A DNA stretch of 64,000 bases from Setoptus koraiensis (lineage: Eukaryota; Animalia; Arthropoda): positions 6,696,001 to 6,760,000 of the forward strand of contig CM106586.1 in assembly GCA_048013815.1 (NCBI GenBank), in the 5' to 3' direction. The stretch's first letter is position 1. Every line of letters starts with the position of its first letter. Below, one piece after another: positions 50,401-61,559 of the stretch. Position numbers and translations under genes: made by a program. The notes beneath the pieces were generated by a model that saw only the letters and a program-made list of their open reading frames with translations, ran no database searches and was not told the origin of the DNA.

Positions 50401-52369
50401 ATGCAAGATGATTTTTACCGTTTGAAACACTCCAAAATCAGCAAGCTCAGTGAGATCGATCCTGAAATGAGCATAAAATTCAGATTTTTTGCGGAAGGTC
50501 GCCCCATAAGCACAGAGCTAGAAACTACTCTTGAGTTGGATCAGCACAATGTCCAATTGTGGCTGAAATTAGCCTACCACAATTTGATCAGGAATCCATC
50601 GAACAAAGCGGAAAATATTGACAGATCTCTAAATGTATTATCCAGAGCTCTAGAAGCAAATCCAAGTGATCCAGAATTATGGGAAACTTATCTTATTCTC
50701 TACGCAAGTAGGGTACCACGGCCTAATGAATCTCCTAGAATGGATATCGGTAATATTTGCGAGCTTGCCATGCGTAAGTGCTCTACCATGAGCATGTACA
50801 GATTGTATCTATCTCTCACTCCCTCAATAGAGAAGAAGCTTGTGGCAGCTCGATCCATCTTGTTGAAACTAATATCTGAGTATCAAACCCTCAGCTCCGG
50901 GAAGGATGATCTCTCGCAGAACATCCTAGAAGTGGTTTTATTTATTTGCAATCTATATCGTCACCTGGGGCAATATGACAAAGCCTTAAAAATTCTCAGC
51001 ATAGCTTTTTCCGAACCATCAATAAGCGACAAAGATGTGACTGACGAAATGGACATTCCAAATGTTTCAAGACAATTACATCCGAGAGATCTGAAGTTTG
51101 CTCGTACCTGTAGTTTATACTTCAAAATATACGGTCGATTTCCCGAGACCAGAGTTGAACCCCATGGATTTAGCTTGCCCAAAGTTTTGTCAACCTCTCC
51201 GTTCAGCGTCTTTGTTTGTAACAATGATAACCTTCATGACGAACTTAAATGTGTTCTGAATGAGGATTTCAAAGATTTCACATTGCAACATTTTGATTTA
51301 GGCGACTATATCCACAGCGGTTATAAGAATTTACTTCAGGTTTATCACGCACAAACAGAATCAGAGTCAATAACGAGAGAAGAGGAATGTTTTAAATTGT
51401 ACTCAGAAGCTAAGCAACAAATAAGAGATGGAGATGTGACCGGGTGCTGCGAGCGACTTATTGACATTTACACCAGATATAATTCAAATTATCAGGTGGA
51501 AGCGGAATTGACCATGGATCATCTCAAGATGTTATACGAGAAATTAATATGCTTGGATCGCACTAATGAAGATCTATTTAAGTCTAATCTACAAGAAGAA
51601 GAACTTCGCAACAAAAGGTCCACAATTCTCTGGTTAAGTTATATGTAAGTATAGATGGCCATTGAATATTTTCAAGATAATCCCAGCCAATCAACTAATC
51701 AGTTATTCTACCTATGAACCTAGCCTGGTCAACAAGTTCTGCCAAACTGATCCCAAACGAATGGAATTCATTTACCAGGAAAGCATCAATTCATGTTCCT
51801 CCACGATGATTGACCGAGTTTTAGATGTTACCATTCTTATATACGACTATATAGGATATCTAATCAATTGTACCATAGATCCGGCAAGCTTTCAACATAC
51901 TCTAACAACCGTGAGGCACTATTGTGTGACGATCGCAGAGGAAGATTTTCAGATACACTTGATTGAACTATTATTGACGATAGTAGACAATGATATCAAT
52001 GCGAGTATTAGTCTGCTATTTGATTTTTGTATGATGCTTCCCAGCAATGCGGCCTTAATTAACTGGACTATTCGTCGAGCTTTGGCTAACGATATGAAAC
52101 ACATGTGCCTAAAATTAATCGACTACTTGTTGTTCGAAAAGAAAAGTCATATTGTCCACGATGAATGGTTCTGGACCAGTTCATTGAGCCTGATTATCGA
52201 CAGTGGGGACCACCTGAAGGCGCATCGAGTATTTCGTTTGGCCGTAGGAAATCAGCCCTACAGTGTTAGGTTGTGGAAAATGATGTGCGCTTATGAAAGG
52301 AGCATTAACCATACTAAACACGTAGAACTGATAGAAAATACAGTCTCTCAAAAGTTACAGACTTTTTAA
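47467..52369 (+). CDS. ZFC3H1: Zinc finger C3H1 domain-containing protein (PAXT/nuclear exosome adaptor, Red1 homolog), ~1614 aa, 2 exons
   Basis: Exons 47467-51644 and 51703-52369 around a 58-bp phase-2 GTAAGT..CTAATCAG intron. zf-C3H1 CNSDLLGLCQDVNCLYQH is followed by DLLSY; a coiled-coil; HAT repeats (NVQLWLKLAY, SLNVLSRALEANPSDPELW, PYSVRLWK). Confidence 0.93.
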
Positions 52370-52388
52370 TTAGGTAAACAAGATCAAC

Positions 52389-52394
52389 TTTATT
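52389..52394 (-). terminator. Candidate polyadenylation signal of TBC1D7
   Basis: TTTATT on + (AATAAA on -), ~240 nt past the TBC1D7 stop and 20 nt past the ZFC3H1 stop. Confidence 0.45.
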
Positions 52395-52632
52395 ATTTTT
52401 TGTAGCTGTTCGCATAATGTTATTTATGTAGAAATCAATTTAAGCAGCTTTTGAACCCTGTATTAAGTATGGAGCTATACGGCACTCGCAGTTGCTTGGA
52501 TCTATCTAGTTGTGATTTTCAACACCAGCTTTTCATAGTTTTTGAGCATAAAGCATGATATTCGATTAGATCACATTCAATGTCCACATATAGTGATTGG
52601 TACCCGGCATGTTGTAATCAGATAAGCTATCT

Positions 52633-53857
52633 TCATTTATCACAAACTGAAATTATAAGATTTTCGCTCTCTTCCCTTTTCAATGGTGAAGTAAGAATCC
52701 TGACTAAGTCTTCCTGACATTGAGAGGCTAAAAGGAACGGTTCTAATTTGGTAAGTATGGCTTTCATAACTTTCTGTATGCATTTGAGGCAACCACCAAC
52801 AATCCTGTCCCAAAGTCTCAGCAACGATTTCTCGTCCAGGATATCAATAAAACAATAGCGAAACCAATACCAACAAGGCAAAACATCAAAGTCGCATATT
52901 GATCTGATATGTTTATCCAACTTAGGCATGTCTTGCGACAGGTGGGTCAAACTTTTCTCATATTGTAATCTTAAAACGCTTTGATGCTCGCTCAATTTGG
53001 AACAAAAGTTTCTAAAAAGAAAGAAGGCGCTTCTCAAATCTGATGACATGTTGACGAATACGGAGGCCATAGAAACCATGACCCGAATGTGGGTCAATTC
53101 TAGCTGCTTAGCCATATCTAGTTTGAGCTGACCAATTTCGAGAAGGTACATAAATGTAATAAATTTTCCAAGCTCCTGTATCATAGGGTACATATTCAGA
53201 TAAGATAACTGAATATTAGTATAGAGTTTCTGGAGGTTTCATATACTGATTGATTTTAAATACTTACTCTAGACTTGTCGGCCAGTGGTTTGGTATTATC
53301 GGAGGCGAGTGGTGAGACAGTACCACTGTCGAGATCGCTGTCATTAGAGGTTAGTTCATTATTGCGTCTCACCATCGAGCTTGAATTTGATTTTGTTGTT
53401 AGATCGGAATTATTACTTAAATAGTTATCCAACTTGAAATTGCCTCCCATTAGAATACTTAGACTTCTTTTGAGATAATCGAAATGTTCCTCCCTGATTT
53501 TAGCGATGCGATCAGTATCCAATGTGGGATCCTTAAGATTACAGTTGATACCTATACATTAGTATTGTTTACGATTTCAAGTATAATGGTGGTTATTGTT
53601 AGTATTGATCTTAGGAATGCAGTCTTGAAGAAAATGGATTGAAAGAGTAAATATTACATACCGAGAAGCAATTTCCACACTTCTTCACGTCTTCTTGCAA
53701 GATCGAAACGAACGCAAAAGTCGCTCAACTTTTCAATATCAAGAGGACTAGAAGCTATTAATATATCGAGAATTTTTTTTTCTTCAATACCGCAGAATCC
53801 AACTTTCTCGTAATAGGTTGATCTGAAATTGCGTGAGAATCCATCCTCGTTCGCCAT
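52633..53857 (-). CDS. TBC1D7: TBC1 domain family member 7 (TSC complex subunit), 351 aa, 3 exons
   Basis: Exons 53857-53662, 53551-53268 and 53208-52633; GT-AG introns of 110 and 59 bp with compatible phases. [35 protein letters not shown] and WFRYCF...L....[11 protein letters not shown] match TBC1D7. Confidence 0.95.
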
Positions 53858-54325
53858 TATTACTTTGGAAGGAAGATATCTCTCATAGATTGAGTTTGGG
53901 CCAGCGTTTCTCTATGACCCCTCTTATGTTGTCATGGCTGATCTAGTAGGTGCTAGTTCGAAGTTAGCTCTGCTCTCGCTAACCAACGAGCAAAGTGAAA
54001 ATAGGATATTGCAATAAGGATATGTTTGTCTGTTTGCCTTGGTAGTGTTGAACTGCGTGTAATAGCGATTGTTTGGATTCGTAGGGCTGATTAAGAAATG
54101 ACTATTCGTTGGGCATCAGCATCAATTCATACATATAAGTATATAAATGAGGTCAGTGAAAGAGAATTTAGGCACACAATGGGAACTCGATAGCAGTAAT
54201 AGCGAATGGCTTGTGTTATGGTTGTGGCGACAAAATAACTGATCTGTTGGTGGATGACCCAATCGAAATGTGACAGAAAACAGTTGCTTGGTGTTGTGTT
54301 TGTTTGTTATTGTGTCACACAATTT

Positions 54326-54331
<6 letters not shown>

Positions 54332-54387
<56 letters not shown>
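54332..54387. repeat. (GT)28 microsatellite in the TBC1D7-GCLM divergent intergenic region
   Basis: Perfect GT run. Confidence 0.98.
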
Positions 54388-54390
<3 letters not shown>

Positions 54391-55823
54391 GTGGCAATGA
54401 ATTGGAGTATAATAGCGCTCAGTCCTTCGTTAGTAGGTCTTGGCTCTCGAATGGCTCAAATCATATTGTTATGAGATCAGTTGTCTTGGTAAGACGAACA
54501 GACAGCTCTTGTGGCTGGCTGGCTGGTTGTGTCCTTTGAATCCAGCTTCGGGCAAGTGGTGGAAAATCTCTGTTGAATAATGTTCGAAATATAATATTTG
54601 CAGAGAGGGAGAGAGAGAGTGAGAGATTTCGTCTAGATTGTGAACAGTTTTTGTTGCGAGTCGCTTGCTAGCAATAGCAGCTATTACAATAATAAGATTG
54701 GAGCATCTAGATTCCAGTTAGACAATTGGGGACATTATTGCAATCTTGGATGGCGTAATTAAAGGTGACGATGATGACGCGTTGTGAGCATTTGTTCAAG
54801 TGTTTCCAAATTTTATTCGCCTACAACGAGATAGAATTTGCATAGTTAGTTAGGAAAATATAGGATGATGTATTTAGGATACACATGTATGTGTATGTAT
54901 ATATATATATGTATATATATATGTAAATATATATACGTATATTTTTATATACATTTATTGGGCAATGATAATCATTATTTTTCGTTCTGCTGGTAGTAAA
55001 GTCTATCTAGAATCTAGTAACAGAGCTTGTCTTACACACTTTGTGTAACACAAAGACATAGCCAAAGGCAGACAGACAGGCAGGCAGGCAAGTAGAAACC
55101 ACGAGTAGTGTTTCATTCAACTGCAGTTTATTCATTGAGTACCATTGCAAAACAGCTGATCCTTCTCGAAGCTCTTTGTGTTTGGTGCAACAGCACAATT
55201 TTATAGGTGGCGGTGCACGATGCTGGAACCACGCAGCGCACAAACGCAAACATGATAATCGTCCACGTAAGCCTTCGCATGCGATGGGTGCGACACAATG
55301 TTCTCTCTCATGATTGTTCACTATTTGTCGGGGAGGGGGCGATTTCTTATTTCACAATAGTTGCCTACAGTGACATGAATAGATGCGTTATTCTGAATCA
55401 CTAGTGACCACAATCTTGCAATCAACAAATCCGACACGAATTCAGGCGAATTTACGCGCACACATCCCAAACAATTGTCTAGCCATTGTTTGAGCGGATC
55501 AGATGGGATATCTCGACAATTTTATCTCGGCAATTGATGGCTAATCTATCATAGTTTGCTTCGCAATGCTGAAAGCGATCACAGCCTCACTGATTCAAAC
55601 TGCGATTGGCCAAATTGAACTGACGAAGATTTAATTTTACCGCCTAACAAACAAATAAAAACATTGGAAAAGCGAACACTTTTCGGATTTTGGCTACAAT
55701 CGTTCTCACGAAACTCACTGCATCACATATTCGTTTTTATTACATGATAAAATCATCGGTTTAACGTCGATTATTGTAGTGACATCCGAAAAAGGATCAA
55801 TTCGATTCATTCACGCTTTCAAC

Positions 55824-56760
55824 ATGCACAAGGCCAACGTATTAGTCTGCACGGGTAACATTCTATTGAACAATGATCTTAAGAGAAAGATTTATGCCAC
55901 TTCAACTGAAGAATTTATCGATAGTATGCTGTGGACTCTTGAACATAGTTGCCATACGAAAATTTTAAATCACACCAACAATGATGTAACAACAGAGGAT
56001 GCTAAGTCGAGAGATATTCTCGTTGTGGATCCAGCTGAATGTTGCAAATCCCAAACGGCTAGTGGTTCAACCAGAACCACATGCAAATTGTTTCCTATAT
56101 GTAACACTAATTGTACCATAGTACAAGATGCAATTTTATGCGCTTTCAAATATTTGGATGTCGAAGCGATAGATTCATTGATTTTGGCGCCATCACCTAA
56201 AGGTAAAGACAGTAATGATTCGCCATTACGTTCTGGCACACTTAGAGAATGGCAGCTGGCTGAGGGAATGGTTGACGACGGGTTGGTCAAATCTTTGGGG
56301 ACCAGCGACTTTGACCTCAATAGTCTCCGATACTTATTTGATAAAATCCGAATCAAGCCTGTTTCTAACCAAATAAGTAAGCAGTTGTGTTGTTCAATAC
56401 CGACCGATTTAACTGAATTTGCCGAAAAGAATTCCATCCAGCTTCTTACTCACAACGACAGGATGGGTATGTTTACAATTATTGTTGGGATTTATATTGC
56501 GTCGTTGATTAGCTGTTTGTTCATTCAACTAATCAATCGAATAACAATTGCGCCCTCTTCTCTATTTCCAAAATGTGTTCACAGAGATCCTAGACAAAAC
56601 TGAGATTGAACAGCTAGAGAAAAATTTGGTTAAGTTTTTACAAACTGATCATTCCTACACTCTCGAATGGCTACTGAGATACTCCGTCATGATTGGTTCC
56701 AAAGGTATTATTGACAAGAAAGGATATATGGCCAAGTTCAAAAGAGTCGATATCCAATAG
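55824..56760 (+). CDS. GCLM: Glutamate-cysteine ligase regulatory (modifier) subunit, 272 aa, 2 exons
   Basis: Exons 55824-56466 and 56585-56760 around a 118-bp phase-1 GT-AG intron. TGNIL, IDSLILA, LGTSDFD..L..L, KPVSNQ...CC.IP.DL.EFA..N.IQLLTHND and WLLRYSV...SKGII..KGY match GCLM. Confidence 0.96.
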
Positions 56761-57513
56761 ATAGTGAAATATTGATTGTTAACAATTTAAGCTTAAATCC
56801 AATAATACTATTCTTTTTACAGCTGAAAAAGTGAACAAGTTAGATCTTGGTATATTTCAAACTAAATCCATCCAGTTCTAACGAAGTAGACCTCTTCAGC
56901 ATGACACCAATTCCAACATGACTCTGGTCTTTCAGAACTCTCGTGCTTCTGAGCAACACGAAAAAATCTTGCTTTTTTTTCCAAGAAAATGCCTGATCTT
57001 CGAGCCATCTAGCCTCGGGAATCAATTCATGGTGTCACCTGTCCCTGTATTCATTCAAGAAGAAGCGAGCGCACTTGATATGAGATTGAGAATTGTTTCG
57101 AAATTCAACAAATATTGGTTCAATATTTAACAAATTGGGTCAGGTTTTTCGTGATTTCAACCAGCTCGATTCGAATGCTTGTGCGATCGCTTTAGATTTG
57201 GGGCTGGTACAGGGTGCTTCAGTACCGAAATTTATTGTTTAAGATATCCTAGAATGAGAGCAACAATTTCTTTATACAAATTACACAACTGCATTGATAC
57301 AAATTGATGGGCCTCCCCGGGTCGGGGGCACCAACTGGCAATGGTGTGCCACAAGATGGCGCCACTCTGCTCTATTTATCAGCATTTGTGGTTCGGTGTT
57401 TATTTGGTGCCCAGTCCCACGATCGCCACTGACTGATTATGTGATTCTCGGACAGCTAGTCTAGTGACAGTTATTCACATGTTACGCAATCTCTTTCGCC
57501 CGGAAGAGTGACA

Positions 57514-57527
57514 GGGGGGGGGGGGGG
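57514..57527. repeat. Poly-G (14) tract near the AT-rich/GC-rich boundary
   Basis: G14 seen directly. Confidence 0.9.
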
Positions 57528-58618
57528 TAAGCCTGGCGGTGGCTAGTGAGAGCAAGTGCAAGCCGGTGCCGTGTTCAGCTCACCAATTAGCGTGAGATCG
57601 ACTTGTCGTTGTCGTGAGAGTGTTTGGTTTTGGTTATTTGATCGATTTACGCATTCAGTTTCACCACGTGCCACCATTATCAGCGATCCAGTGTCACAGT
57701 TTGGGGTGCCGTTGGCTGTTGCACCGGCAGAGTGCGGGCAGCAGCGAACGGCGCTATGCGCGCGCTGAGTTGCAGCATTACAGTTGGTTCCCACGTTCGC
57801 GGCGTTGGCGGCGTTCGAAGCGTTCGCAGCGTTCGAAGAGTTCGTCGGTTGGCTCGTTCGTTTATTTGGCGCGAGCCAGCACGTATTGCACCGCGTGGCG
57901 GTTGCACAACGACGTTACGTGCATGATATATTTGCTCTCCCACGATTTGTGCGCGCGATTTGGCTGCACTGCCTCGCTGATCATGAGCGGTTGGTGCCGT
58001 TGGATATGCCAACGGATATGTGTAACGGTGTTTGCACCGGCCCAACTGTGTGCGTGTGTGTGTTTGCGTTGGCCGTCGAACGCTGCCAGCGTCATTATGG
58101 CCGTTGCGCAACGGATTGTCGCCGACCGCCAGAGCAACCGAAATCCAACAGTTTATTCACTCTCACGGCGCGCGTGCCCGCCCCTGGTGACCGTTAAACT
58201 CTCACTGGTCGTGGCTGGTGCTGCGTCGGTCGCCCGTGTGGGTCGGTCGCTGCACGAGCACCGGCCCACGGTCGCTGCACGAGCACCGGCCCGCGTCGCT
58301 GCACGGGCACCGGCCCACGGTCGCAGGCCCAAACCGAGGGTAAGTCGCAAGCGTGAGATATTGCTATATCATTGTGTGTGTGCAATATAATCGCCACAAT
58401 TGCCATTCAGCAAGTCAGTCGGTGCCTAAATGCGGCGACTTACGACAAAAATGGGGCACCCACAGACTGCGGGCCCGAGCCTCTAGGTGCCCATTTCGCC
58501 CATTTCGCCCAGTTTGCCCATTTCGCCCGGTTTGCCATTAGTCGTCGCGTTTCTCGGCGGCTCGACGGCCGTTGAATCGCACGACTGGTGCAACTGTCGC
58601 ACATTATTCCGCCACCAG

Positions 58619-59090
58619 TCAGCTGATGGGCAACTTGTACCTCAGCCAGAGGTCCCCGGCGTAATTGGGCCACAAGTCGGACAGAGCGATTTCGGCTGAT
58701 TGCAGGAAGCCGAACTCATTGAATTGTTCGTGCGACGCGTTCGTTGAGGTACCCACAACTAGTTCAATGTTTTCTCGCTCGAGGGAGCTCAAAGCGCTTC
58801 TCACGAGCATGCCACTGCCGCTTATCTCAATCTCGCTCTTCTTTTTTTTCGATACTCATTTCCGCCGCCGTGAAAGTGCCCGCGTCAGAGGCTTTGACTT
58901 GTCAGGCGAGTCTCCTATTTCGTTTTGGAAATTTTTGCTTTCTAAGCGGTCTCTCTGGCGGTTTCGCTGAAAATCATAAATCTGATTTGTTCTCATTAGG
59001 AATTCCCTAATAGGAAACGGCTCGGCTAAGTGTGGATTTTTGGACAAGCTCAAGGCGGAAGCGAGGCTGCATAGAACGAGCAGCGAGCAT
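58619..59090 (-). pseudogene. Possible degenerate GNAT (insect AANAT-like) acetyltransferase remnant
   Basis: C-terminal part LVRSALSSLERENIELVVGTSTNASHEQFNEFGFLQSAEIALSDL resembles the iAANAT C-terminal half, and FRLELVQKSTLSRAVSY resembles its N-terminus. Joining them needs a frameshift near 59008 and crosses a TGA at 58856-58858; motif A is missing. Confidence 0.3.
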
Positions 59091-61521
59091 CTTGTTGCAC
59101 TGCGCCACGTTTCTCGTGGGGCCTTTTTTGGGAGCAATCAAATTTTGATCATCAAAAGTCACAGTGAAAGAGGGCGCTCTTGGCCGAGAGGTGCCTCCTT
59201 CGAATCATTTCGCTGGGTCGATTGCGCTGACTCTCGTTGCTCGTTCGTTTTTCGTCCAACTACCGACTGGCCGGCGAGTTTCTCTGACTTGTGAGCGAGC
59301 CCAGGCGCAAAAGAAGCCAGCGAGCAACGTGACCGAACGCGCTCAGACAAGCGATATATTGAATGATGAGGCAAAAACGGCCCCGGCCTTGAATTGGAAC
59401 TGAACGAATGTGTCTATAGCTTGCATTGGGAATGGTTGCAAATGGCCTCAACTACTGTGCAGTTGGGGCCGCTCCCGAATCCATCTGGACGCTGGTTTGA
59501 ATTGATTAGTTAATCGATCATTGTTTAGTCTGAAGAGTCATTGACATTTGTGTGAGACACCGGACCATTGAAACACAATGCTCGCCGGTCACATGCTAAC
59601 TGTCCGACGGGGTGTTAATAGATTTTCAATTCATGCACGACGCATCATATCTGTGTGATCTGTGAATGATATTTGATTTGATTTTGCATCTCCGCCGGCG
59701 TTCCAAGCTGCGACACGTGATGTTAATGAACGGCATCGAATTTGTTGTTATTGTTGTGCCTAAGCCAATTGGCTACTTACATGTGTAACGGACGCGCGAA
59801 TGGTCAGTACTCATACTGAGATATGGTCATGCGACAACAAGCAGTCAGATTGGCCGGCAATGGATTGGCCAGAGCGAAGGAATGTTGTCATACTTGTGTG
59901 ATACTTGTGTGCAAAACTGCAACTCGAGCAAATTGATCGATCACAACAACAACAGCGACAACAGCCACGACGACGCCGACAACAACGACAACAGCCACAA
60001 CGACGACAACAACGACGACAACGACAGCCGACTGGACATTGCGCTCACCTTGATATCCGTCACACTGTCATCGATCATAAGCGACTTGTTTCTTGTCACA
60101 CTCGCTCAGCGTCAATGTGTTTTTTCTCTTCGAGCCGGCGCCGGAACGACAACTCAGCACGAGTGTGCAACTCGCACCTGAGATTCGGGCCCCACTGTGG
60201 CCCCGAAGCGACAGAGATGCGGCGAGCAGCGGTCACCGAATTGTGCCGAATCTTGTGGCACCGCCATGAATGAATTGCGGCCACCACTGGCCAGTTTTCT
60301 CGGCTGGACACTGAACAATGATGGCGATACTCGAGTGCGGCCAGCGAGCGGCAAAGACGCGCGCAATTGTCACTGGCGCTTTGATCGATTAGACCGGCCC
60401 GATGCGAGCGGCCGCTGTCGGCGTTGTCGCGTTGTTGTGATCAATAGAATAAACCGGATGACCGGCCGCTGTCATCTCGAGTGGCCATACCTGTGCCATA
60501 CTGTGCCCGGCCAATGGGGCAACAGGGTCGCACTTCCTATCCGCTTGCGGCTGCTCGCAATTCAATTATACGCGCGCACAAATGCGCCAGAAAATGCAAA
60601 TTACGGCCACGCGGGCACCTCTCGAGTTTGCGCGCGTGGGTGTAATTAAATCGCGCATGCCAATATAACGCCTGTCCGCAATATATGCCGCCGCTGCATT
60701 CGAATGGCATAGATATCGGCCCGCAACGATCGCCAGTGGCCCAATTTATCCCCGTTGTCCGTTCTCATCCGTAACCATTGCAAACAAAAATTACACAGCT
60801 AATTTCTGGCTGAGCCAATCAGTTTATCGGCGGGCAATTGTTGGTTTGCATCGGTTAGTTTGCATCGGTTAGTTTGCATCGGTTAGTTTACATTGTGTCT
60901 CGGTTACCACTTGTGCATGAGCGATACCGGTTAATCGCGTTCGAGCGGCGCGATCACGTGATTTTATGGGCATTTCTCTGTCTGTTTCTCCCATCGGCGG
61001 CATCATTTTGCCGGGCAGACGATTTGTTGCAACGCCGGCCTCAGTCACAATTGTCGATTGCAGCGAACGATGTGCGACTGTGCGACTCGAAAGTGATCGC
61101 ATTGTGCACAATCGTCACTATGAACATGTTACGCAACACTGCAAGGTGACATATGGCGCTGCGGCGTCGGTGGGAATGAATCGTCGCGCGCGCGAATCAT
61201 TTAAATTATCACCGCTCTCGACTGGTTGCGTACTCACCGTATATTCGCTGTGTATTCGCCGTATATTCACCGGGTTTGTTGGCAGTTCATTCGCATCGAC
61301 CGGCCCGATGCCAACATCACTATCTGGCAGCTCGATCTCACTCGCGGCGCCCGTCTCACTTGCGGCGCCGGGCAAAGCAGCGAGATGAGAGCACAGCCCG
61401 GCCGTCTACCGCATCACCGGCGGCGAGCACCGACCGGCCGGCACCGGTCGGGCGCACCGTTGCGCCGACGGGCCGGCGAACCCGATGAGCACCAGCAATC
61501 AGCACACAAACAGCGGACAAA

Positions 61522-61559
61522 CCGCTTTTTTCATGGGCTCTCGCCGATGAAAAAAGCGG
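61522..61559. repeat. Hairpin: perfect 13-bp arms plus 3-bp inner stem
   Basis: ccgcttttttcat-g-ggc-tctc-gcc-g-atgaaaaaagcgg. Confidence 0.9.

Noticed and set aside
51662-52369. Separate 235-aa gene
   Set aside because: It is exon 2 of ZFC3H1, joined by a frame-compatible 58-bp intron
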